From sequence record MN871444.1: DNA of 64,000 bases; one strand, written 5' to 3'. The position numbers and the translations under genes were made by a program. Each line of letters starts with the position of its first letter. Within the stretch, counting starts at the first letter, position 1. Below are positions 56,130-63,634 of the stretch, one piece after another. The notes under the pieces are model-generated. The model was not told the origin of the DNA. It saw only the letters and a list, made by a program, of their open reading frames with translations, and did not search any database.

Positions 56130-58040
56130 ATGGCCCAGACCCCCGTAACAAAAACACTGACTGATTTACCCGTATATTCCAATACCGGTTATGCTGGTCA
56201 TTTGTTGTACACTGATAGTAATATTGAATATCGATTACCTTTAAATTCTCTCGTACGAAAGTCAGAACTGGGAAATAGTGATGGGTTTAAGTATATTGGT
56301 CAAGTGGAATCATGGGCCGATTTACAATCGATTACATTAACCGAAGCTAACGTCGTCATTAAGTTAAAGTCATACGTTGCGGGCGGGGCTTTAACGGGAA
56401 CATCTCCTTCGGGTGGCGGATACTTCATTTCAGTATCGGGCACAGCCACTGACGACGGTGGTAGTATATGCGTACCTTCCGGACAAACTAATTTTTATCT
56501 TGTTCGAATCAGGGCAACAGATGAAATCAATCTATCCGAATATGGGTTGGTTCCTGGAGGTGAAATTGCAATACCTTTGATTAAAGCTGTGGCTTATTCA
56601 AGATCAGTGGGCATTACTAAAATAGTTATCCCGCCGTCATATGGCGAACAGTATTATACCTGGTCATCGCAGGTTAACGTTGACGTAACTAAATACCCTC
56701 TGACGTTAATGGGTGGTTCCGGTGAAAATATGAACGAAGTAATGGTGTACCATTACCCCACCGCGACTAATGAAGTGGCCATTGATTTTAGTACTACTTC
56801 GGCAGGGTCATCACCCACAGAAGCAGCATGCATCTGCGGTTTTTATTTTTATAATCAAAATACCGCCGTCAACGCATCTGCCATCCAGTTTTCAGATGCG
56901 TGGGCACATAAGGCCAGAAATTTATACATCACGCATTATGCGTTAAGCGCCGGGATTCGGATGGTTAATATCAACTCCTGGACCGAAAACTTCCAGGGAG
57001 AAAATTTAAATATCCGGCACTGCAAATATGGGTTTTGGTTGTACACCACAGGGTCCTGGCAATCGTTCTATGGAATGAAACTGGAGAAATATTATTTTAA
57101 CCACGGTAGCGCCGTAGGTGGGCCATCATATTCAATGTATCTTGGCAATGGCACTTCCACTGGATATGCATTCCTTTATGCTGCAGACTTGGATATGGGT
57201 GGTTGGCTGGGTACGACATATTCCACGGGACCTCACTGCGGCATATATCTTGCACCTTATTCTATCGTCATGGGCAAGTGCCGCATGAATTATGATGGTA
57301 CACAGCAAGCTAGTCTGGCAACTTATTTTACCGCCGTATACACGGCGTCAACCCAATGTATCGCGCGGCTTGATTTTACCAACAACAACGACCAGTTCTC
57401 TTATGTATCCATACAAGCCCCAGATTCTGCAAGCACCCTGAGTTATGCTCTTTGGGATAACTTAGCATATCCCGCATTAAATGGCTCTAAGACGTACGGG
57501 CGCTCAAACTGGATGAACGTGGCGATGGCGCGTTCCCCAATTATTTTATCTGGTGCACAACAAAAGTGGAAAACTACGGTGACTTCCACTAGCACTACCA
57601 AAACAGACCCCGGAATAATTAGGGTAGTCGGTTTACCAATATTATCAAATTTCAAAGTTGAGATTAAAACCAGCGGGACTAACCAGGTGTGCAATAGAAC
57701 ATTTATTGTTAATGTACATAACCAGGATTTGGTCGCCGCAGTAACAGAACAACAGCAATTGTCTGCAGGGACGGCAACAACAAGCACCTTTAACTCAACG
57801 ACCTCTACAGTTACCTCTATAAGCACCACAACGCTGACGCAATACTCGTCGTTCACAAATCAACGAGTTTATTGTCGCACATACAACGGCGTTCAGCCTG
57901 GGTATTATTCAGCTGGAAATGGTCAGACGTTCGATATCGTTATTCCTCCATCGACGTATAATGGCACCTCGGCTAATGCGGATGCGGTTGTGACGTCAGG
58001 ATTAACCACTGCGATTGAAATAATTATTACTCAGATTTAA
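56130..58040 (+). CDS. tailspike/depolymerase D (636 aa)
   Basis: KTLTDLPVY...LLYTDSNIEYRLP anchor; DGFKYIGQ...GGGYF...DDGG domain common in enterobacterial phage tailspikes; beta-helix body. Confidence 0.8.
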   Translation: MAQTPVTKTLTDLPVYSNTGYAGHLLYTDSNIEYRLPLNSLVRKSELGNSDGFKYIGQVESWADLQSITLTEANVVIKLKSYVAGGALTGTSPSGGGYFISVSGTATDDGGSICVPSGQTNFYLVRIRATDEINLSEYGLVPGGEIAIPLIKAVAYSRSVGITKIVIPPSYGEQYYTWSSQVNVDVTKYPLTLMGGSGENMNEVMVYHYPTATNEVAIDFSTTSAGSSPTEAACICGFYFYNQNTAVNASAIQFSDAWAHKARNLYITHYALSAGIRMVNINSWTENFQGENLNIRHCKYGFWLYTTGSWQSFYGMKLEKYYFNHGSAVGGPSYSMYLGNGTSTGYAFLYAADLDMGGWLGTTYSTGPHCGIYLAPYSIVMGKCRMNYDGTQQASLATYFTAVYTASTQCIARLDFTNNNDQFSYVSIQAPDSASTLSYALWDNLAYPALNGSKTYGRSNWMNVAMARSPIILSGAQQKWKTTVTSTSTTKTDPGIIRVVGLPILSNFKVEIKTSGTNQVCNRTFIVNVHNQDLVAAVTEQQQLSAGTATTSTFNSTTSTVTSISTTTLTQYSSFTNQRVYCRTYNGVQPGYYSAGNGQTFDIVIPPSTYNGTSANADAVVTSGLTTAIEIIITQI

Positions 58041-58050
58041 GGAAAAGAAT

Positions 58051-58332
58051 ATGTCGTTTACCAAAACTAGCATTTTAGAGTACAATAAATTATTTTATTC
58101 AATCGGGGCTGAAGTTACAGGGGGGTCTGAAGAAGTAATATTGACTTACACCGCTACCGGAATTAATTACGGCGGTAGGGAAATTGGTGATGTCGCAGAA
58201 ATAGTATTTTCTATTACGTGTGACTCGCCACAAATACAAACTAATTGTACCTCTGTTATTTCAGTTCAGTCGACCGATGCTGATGAAATATTAGCTCAGG
58301 CGGAATCGGAATTGCAAAAATCTTTGGGCTAA
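58051..58332 (+). CDS. small tailspike-associated protein, possibly an assembly chaperone (93 aa)
   Basis: AAGGA RBS; directly downstream of a spike gene; function inferred from position. Confidence 0.6.
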   Translation: MSFTKTSILEYNKLFYSIGAEVTGGSEEVILTYTATGINYGGREIGDVAEIVFSITCDSPQIQTNCTSVISVQSTDADEILAQAESELQKSLG

Positions 58333-58370
58333 AACAACATATCGGGAGGGCGAAAGCCCTCCCTTTTGTG
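58333..58370 (+). terminator. intrinsic terminator, dispersed repeat family member
   Basis: AACAACATATC-GGGAGGGC-gaaa-GCCCTCCC-TTTTGTG. Confidence 0.85.
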
Positions 58371-58422
58371 TGAAACTGTACGGCCCATTTTATGCTGATA
58401 AAATTTTATTGAGGGGTCTATT

Positions 58423-60885
58423 ATGGCAACGCTGCCGTCGTTGAAAAAAATATCGGATCTGCCGACCTACGGCAGTTCTTCGCCAGACTCAGGAACGATG
58501 CTGTACACCGAAAACGGGATTGATTACAAACTACCAATAAATACGCTAACCCGCGCAATTGATTTAGCATCCAACCTTTCTGGAAAAGGGGGTGGGTTAG
58601 TCGGATTAGAGCAGGGTGGAACCGTACAGTCAGCGTTACTGGGGTATATTAATGCAGCCGCCTTTGGCTATCTCGCCGATTATAACCCGGTGACTAATAC
58701 CGGTACGGATAATACCGCGGCACTTAGAGCGGCCGCCACGTACTGCTTACAGCATGGGATTAGAAAATTAATCCTTCCGCCGGGTATGGGGTTAATTTCC
58801 GATTATATTCCAATAGATGTCGGTACTGTGGGGGAAGCTGTTGCAGATCGATTTAAAGGATGTCAGGACGGGTTCCACATCCAAGGGGCTGGGATGTATT
58901 CCAGTTTATTGGTGTTTGATGCGCCTGATGCAGATACCCCAGCGATAAAAGCAACTGGAGATTGGGGGACCCACACGGCGCGCGCAATCAGTGATTTAGC
59001 GATCGTCCCCCGCACTACTGCCGCGTATAACGTAGATACGCTAGGTCAGGGTATCCAGTTTATTGGTGGGTGTTTCATCCCCATCAGAAACGTGGTGATT
59101 GGTAGATTCCATAAAGGGATTTGTTTCTGGAATAAAAATAAAGGCGTTAACGACACCGCAAATACATTCACTGCCGGGGATTTTACTGAATTTATTCGGG
59201 GCAACAATATACGCATATTCAACTGTGATATCGGTATCGATTTCATGGTTACTTTGGGCAACAATTCATTTCACGGCATTAACTTTACCCAAACCCAAGT
59301 GCAGATTAGAAAATATGGCGGTATTGGGGTTCGTTTTTATGATGACGGTTCTAGGGCCGCTATCGTCACACCTTCAAGCAATTACCAATTCATTGCTAAC
59401 GTTTACAATGCTAAATTAGATATAAATCTATTTGGTGATGACTCATCTACGTGCTATGGGCTCTATTTAAGCGGTGCCCAGGGTAGGGGGATGTCGGGAG
59501 ACATTACCTGCGAAGGGGCCATGACTCTCAAAACAAACAGTTTTGAATGGTATCAGAGTTTCGGTAGCCTACACTCCATATCTGCCATAAATCTTGAAAT
59601 TGGAGCCACTGATACTTCAACCAGACCGGTCGCATTTATGTTTTCTAATGCGGCATATCCCCAAACTTACTTTGATGGCAGTGATCCTACTTTATTAAGT
59701 ACGTCATACCCCCGCCAGTTTGATGGAAACAATCATGGCAATACTGGTATGGATTTATTAAATATTCGCGGGGCGCAATCTGGAAGTATCTGGTCCCAGG
59801 TCGCAAGCAACGTGTCGGTAGGGTGGATTTTTTCAACACGTACTACCGGTGGAAGCCGACCGGCTCAACGTACTGTCTGGCAATTTTCTTATGATGGCAC
59901 TCGCATATCTTCAGCCGGCACATCGGTCGGACTGTACAATTCAACAGTGGGGGTTGATTTAACTGCGGCGGCATTAGTCCCTTCTGGTAATACTACCTTG
60001 AATATTGGTTCGGCATCGTATCGATTCAACAGTGCTTATTTTAATGGTTGGAATATAGGTTCTGGCGGCGTTGTTCCTACTGCTGATGTGAGTTTTAACG
60101 TTGGTAGCTCTACTTTCCGAGTCAACCGGTCTTATGTTGCCTCTCGGTATTACACATCGACTGTATTTGATTCGTCGGGAACTGGTTCTCCCGAAGGGGT
60201 GGTTGCGGCAGCAATTGGTTCTACTTATCGCAGAACTGACGGTGGTGCAAATACATCGTTTTATGTGAAGGAATCTGGAACAGGCACTACGGGCTGGGTA
60301 TCCACTGGCTCAGTCAGGCCGTATGTTTCTGGCATGTTTGTGAGCCCAGGGAATCTGGTGTTGTCTGGAAACTACATATTTAAATATCTGGGTACTGCTG
60401 CAGATATTACCGTCGCTCCAGTACCTGGAACACTATGGAGTATGTTGATTCCAGGAGCTTCAGTAAAAATAAAAGCCACGGCAACTCAAACCACCACAAC
60501 GGGGACCAACACAGCCCTAACTTGGGCATCCGCTACCACGGAGTATAATAGTAGCAGTATTTATACGGTTGCTACTGCCGGAATTACTGTTCCAGTGGCC
60601 GGGATATATCGCATCGCCGGTAGGGTTGCTTTTGCTTCCAACAACACAGGTACCCGGTCAGCCGGAGTATTTATTAACGGCTCCTATTACGCTGGGTCTC
60701 AGGCTAGATTCGTTGCCAAATCCGGCGGGTATGCAACTACCGCAGATTACAATGACACGTTATCGCTTGCCGCTGGGTCGATTATTACGTTATCTGGATT
60801 CCAGGATTCTGGTGGGAACTTAGATACTGTTGCAACAGCCCCAGATGTATCTTTCCTGGTAGTCAGTTTGGTAAGCTACGTTTAA
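58423..60885 (+). CDS. tailspike/depolymerase E with C-terminal C1q/TNF-like domain (820 aa)
   Basis: KKISDLPTY anchor; DNTAALRAA...LILPPG beta-helix start; GSPEGVV...RTDGG...YVKESG motif; ITVPVAGIYRI C1q-like signature. Confidence 0.8.
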   Translation: MATLPSLKKISDLPTYGSSSPDSGTMLYTENGIDYKLPINTLTRAIDLASNLSGKGGGLVGLEQGGTVQSALLGYINAAAFGYLADYNPVTNTGTDNTAALRAAATYCLQHGIRKLILPPGMGLISDYIPIDVGTVGEAVADRFKGCQDGFHIQGAGMYSSLLVFDAPDADTPAIKATGDWGTHTARAISDLAIVPRTTAAYNVDTLGQGIQFIGGCFIPIRNVVIGRFHKGICFWNKNKGVNDTANTFTAGDFTEFIRGNNIRIFNCDIGIDFMVTLGNNSFHGINFTQTQVQIRKYGGIGVRFYDDGSRAAIVTPSSNYQFIANVYNAKLDINLFGDDSSTCYGLYLSGAQGRGMSGDITCEGAMTLKTNSFEWYQSFGSLHSISAINLEIGATDTSTRPVAFMFSNAAYPQTYFDGSDPTLLSTSYPRQFDGNNHGNTGMDLLNIRGAQSGSIWSQVASNVSVGWIFSTRTTGGSRPAQRTVWQFSYDGTRISSAGTSVGLYNSTVGVDLTAAALVPSGNTTLNIGSASYRFNSAYFNGWNIGSGGVVPTADVSFNVGSSTFRVNRSYVASRYYTSTVFDSSGTGSPEGVVAAAIGSTYRRTDGGANTSFYVKESGTGTTGWVSTGSVRPYVSGMFVSPGNLVLSGNYIFKYLGTAADITVAPVPGTLWSMLIPGASVKIKATATQTTTTGTNTALTWASATTEYNSSSIYTVATAGITVPVAGIYRIAGRVAFASNNTGTRSAGVFINGSYYAGSQARFVAKSGGYATTADYNDTLSLAAGSIITLSGFQDSGGNLDTVATAPDVSFLVVSLVSYV

Positions 60886-60894
60886 GGAGTTACC

Positions 60895-61413
60895 ATGCCA
60901 GCAAGTATGTATGTAGTGGATACGTCCCTACCCTCTGTTGATTTGGTCTACGGGCTTATCAACAACGATAACAACACGGTTTATAGTAAATCAACACTCA
61001 ACCTGGCTACGCCAGAAACAAATACCAATCCCGCGATTGATCGTAATAGTAAAATCCTGGCTTCGAACATCAAATACAGTAACAACACTTTGATGTTGTA
61101 TTACGATAGATTGGATATTGCTGACGTATTGCGCATGGAGTTACCCATCATTTTGTCGAATGTAACCGAAACCACGGTAGACCAAATGATGTGGTTTTTT
61201 AACTCCACGTACAAGATGGGATTGACCAAAGCTGAAATTAATGCGTCGGCAGTTGATTTAACCAATAACACCACTACGTGGACAATTGCGGATAATTCAA
61301 TGGCGTGGGTGGGAAATCTACCATTAACCATTTTACCATCCGGGTATGGCCTTTTGATTGATGAAACAAACAATCAATTGTTGGATGAAGATGGGTCATA
61401 TTTAATTTTATAA
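60895..61413 (+). CDS. tailspike adaptor-like paralog 4 (172 aa)
   Basis: LPSVDLVYGLINNDN, YDRLDI and TIADNSMAW motifs; AAGGAG RBS. Confidence 0.7.
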   Translation: MPASMYVVDTSLPSVDLVYGLINNDNNTVYSKSTLNLATPETNTNPAIDRNSKILASNIKYSNNTLMLYYDRLDIADVLRMELPIILSNVTETTVDQMMWFFNSTYKMGLTKAEINASAVDLTNNTTTWTIADNSMAWVGNLPLTILPSGYGLLIDETNNQLLDEDGSYLIL

Positions 61414-61417
61414 ATAG

Positions 61418-61456
61418 GGCATAAAAGGGAGGGCAAAAGCCCTCCCAATATGTTGA
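61418..61456. terminator. bidirectional terminator, dispersed repeat family member
   Basis: GGCATAAAA-GGGAGGGC-aaaa-GCCCTCCC-AATATGTTGA between convergent genes. Confidence 0.85.
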
Positions 61457-63001
61457 TTACACTGCGGTTCCCGTTGCATCAACCCATCCAGTATTTGTGG
61501 CATTTCGCCAAATGGGTTTATTCAAGGTAGTATCAAAATATTGATCCCCGGAATTAGAAAATGCATTCGGCCGCAACGCGGTAGTCCCAACCGCCACTGT
61601 CTGTGGCCCTACTTCATACCAGATGCCATTATACCGCCAAAATTCATATGTGTTGCCTAATCTACATGTTTTTCTTCCATCTGAAGTACATCCTTTTACT
61701 ACAAACGTCGAACTCCTTACTAGAGTAATATTTGCGTTTCCGTAGATTATAACACGTTGGCCCTTGACCCCGTTCAGTAAATCAGTTATATCCGTAGCCA
61801 CGGTATCTGTAGGTATGTATGTTTTCACACCTTCAACATTTGGTGTGCTGCCAGTACCTCGCTGATATCCATCGTACATAACGTGCAAAACCCCATTAAA
61901 CAAAGAATCAGAGATCGCTGAGGTTATATGCCCGGTGGATAGAAATGAAGCTATTCGGGGCTTTAAACTCATATCGGATTGATCCGCGGAAGAAATCCAT
62001 TCAATACCGTATTTGTGGGTTCCGTCAGCACGGCAGTTACTCAACTGACTGCGATTATCTAAAACAAATCCGCTATAAGTTCCACTCGCCCCATTTGAAT
62101 TATTAAGGGCATGACAATTACTCATTATGGCTGAGCCATAAAAACCATGACCATAATTTAAATCAGCGCGGCAATTGGTTAATTTATGCATGGCTCCCGT
62201 GGCTGACACACATATCCCAATTTCCGATAACTCCCCCTCCAAATTGACGGCGTAGTTATTTGCGCCACCCAGCAATATACCGCAAAGATACAATGATGTT
62301 GATTGTATCGCAGTAATGCCAGTATTACCCTGAATACGTTCAATAAAATTATCGGCGCCATTGAACACAAACACCCCGGTTCTTGCCGATCTCGAACGAT
62401 TTAATAAACAGTTTGTTCCAGAAAGATCTGAAAATTTTCCAATCAGAGCATTTGTAACCAATGCCTCATCGGAAAAATAATCCCACTTACATGCAGTGAC
62501 AATCCAGTCGTTTGACCCCGCACGAAGATTGACCCCACCACCAGGCAATGCTAACCCACCGCCTTTAAAATCAATCCCGATAATCCCACCACAGTCGCCA
62601 CCACCAGTAGGGGTATCTATAACCCATCCTGAAGTTGCCGGCGTAAACTGAGTACCGTACTTAGTTATGGACGCCCCGAAGGATAATATCCCACGCACAG
62701 CACCAAAGGTACAACCAATATGGCAGACGTTAGATTTATTTATAAAATTTAATTTATAAACCCCTCTAGGCCAGTAAATCCCACCACCACCTAACGAACT
62801 GACATAATCTACCAAGGCTTGCGCCGCTGCAGAATCGTCAGTTATGCCATCCCCAATAATACCATAATCCTTAGCATTAAAAACATCGCTTAAACGCGCC
62901 GCCAATGTTCTGGTAACTGATGGGCCATTTTGCGCGGCAAAAGACACCATGCTTGCGCCATCACTTGAACCCAGGTTTGAGGGAATATATGTCGACACCA
63001 A
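61457..63001 (-). CDS. headless tailspike body F (514 aa): alternative cassette of switch 2
   Basis: No anchor head; starts across site C (SNLGSSD); NAKDYGIIGDGITDDSAAAQA pectate-lyase-3 start; C-terminal GTTALRP...YFDTTLNKPIW...WVDATG motif. Confidence 0.85.
   Translation of the reverse strand: MVSTYIPSNLGSSDGASMVSFAAQNGPSVTRTLAARLSDVFNAKDYGIIGDGITDDSAAAQALVDYVSSLGGGGIYWPRGVYKLNFINKSNVCHIGCTFGAVRGILSFGASITKYGTQFTPATSGWVIDTPTGGGDCGGIIGIDFKGGGLALPGGGVNLRAGSNDWIVTACKWDYFSDEALVTNALIGKFSDLSGTNCLLNRSRSARTGVFVFNGADNFIERIQGNTGITAIQSTSLYLCGILLGGANNYAVNLEGELSEIGICVSATGAMHKLTNCRADLNYGHGFYGSAIMSNCHALNNSNGASGTYSGFVLDNRSQLSNCRADGTHKYGIEWISSADQSDMSLKPRIASFLSTGHITSAISDSLFNGVLHVMYDGYQRGTGSTPNVEGVKTYIPTDTVATDITDLLNGVKGQRVIIYGNANITLVRSSTFVVKGCTSDGRKTCRLGNTYEFWRYNGIWYEVGPQTVAVGTTALRPNAFSNSGDQYFDTTLNKPIWRNATNTGWVDATGTAV
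62960..62985 (-). repeat. invertase crossover site C (hix/gix-like, core TG on the minus strand)
   Basis: Minus strand TTCCCTCAAACC-TG-GGTTCAAGTGAT; 20-bp exact inverted repeat with site D. Confidence 0.92.
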
Positions 63002-63018
63002 CCCTCAAGGACATAAAA

Positions 63019-63570
63019 ATGATCTACGGTTATGCCCGAGTTTCTACTCAACATCAGGATACTACACTACAACTTATTGCGCTTCAGGCAGCCGGTTGCG
63101 ATGAAATTCGCGAAGAAAAAGCGTCTGGTAGAAGTAGAAACAGACCCGTATTGAAGAAACTGCTAACCGATCTTCAATCCGGCGATGAATTAGTATTGTG
63201 GAAAATAGACAGGATGGGTAGGAATGTATTACATGCCTTAACCTGGTTGGCTGAGCTGCAGGATAAGAATGTAAACCTCAGGTCAATCACCGACGCTATC
63301 GATATGCGTACTGCTTCTGGCCGTTATAGTTTTCGCAATATTTTGAATGCCGCACAGTACGAATCGGACGTAAATAGCGAAAGAACCTTGGCTGGACTAG
63401 CTGCAGCCAGAGCACAAGGTAGGGTGGGTGGAAGAAAACCAACAATGACCGAACCCGTTTTGGAGAAAGCACGGGATTTAATAAATGCCGGAAATAATTA
63501 CCGTGAAGTAGCTGAAGTCATCGGAGTGACCACAAAAACGATATACAAATATTTTCCAGTCAATTCATAA
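63019..63570 (+). CDS. serine DNA invertase, Hin/Gin/Pin family (183 aa)
   Basis: YARVST catalytic Ser9, LVLWKIDRMGR, ERTLAGLAAARAQGRVGGR and C-terminal HTH VIGVTTKTIYKYFP; AAGGA RBS before ATG 63019. Confidence 0.95.
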   Translation: MIYGYARVSTQHQDTTLQLIALQAAGCDEIREEKASGRSRNRPVLKKLLTDLQSGDELVLWKIDRMGRNVLHALTWLAELQDKNVNLRSITDAIDMRTASGRYSFRNILNAAQYESDVNSERTLAGLAAARAQGRVGGRKPTMTEPVLEKARDLINAGNNYREVAEVIGVTTKTIYKYFPVNS

Positions 63571-63577
63571 TTTTTTG

Positions 63578-63606
63578 ATGAGGCGGCTTGGCCGCCTCAT
63601 TTTATG
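63578..63606 (+). terminator. invertase terminator
   Basis: ATGAGGCGGC-ttg-GCCGCCTCAT followed by TTTATG. Confidence 0.75.
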
Positions 63607-63625
63607 CTTATCATTTTTTACAAGA
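63595..63625 (+). promoter_or_regulatory. 31-bp upstream element with TTTTATG (late-promoter-like), identical to 50910-50940 on the minus strand
   Basis: Exact match by manual comparison; lies just before the RBS of tailspike G. Confidence 0.75.
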
Positions 63626-63634
63626 GGGGCTATC

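Noticed and set aside
56262-56281. Fifth crossover site in spike D
   Set aside because: Only 14/20 identity, lacks the AAACC arm, and has no partner or headless cassette nearby; kept only as a possible relic
58561-58610. Crossover site in spike E (SNLSGKGG)
   Set aside because: Similarity is at peptide level only; the DNA lacks GTTCAAGTGA
62920-63018. 33-residue N-terminal extension of the invertase in the ORF track
   Set aside because: It crosses site C and overlaps cassette F; the family-typical start MIYGYARVS at 63019 has an RBS
63019-63200. Fis-binding recombinational enhancer in the invertase 5' region, as in hin and gin
   Set aside because: The Fis consensus is too degenerate to call by eye; needs a PWM scan and footprinting
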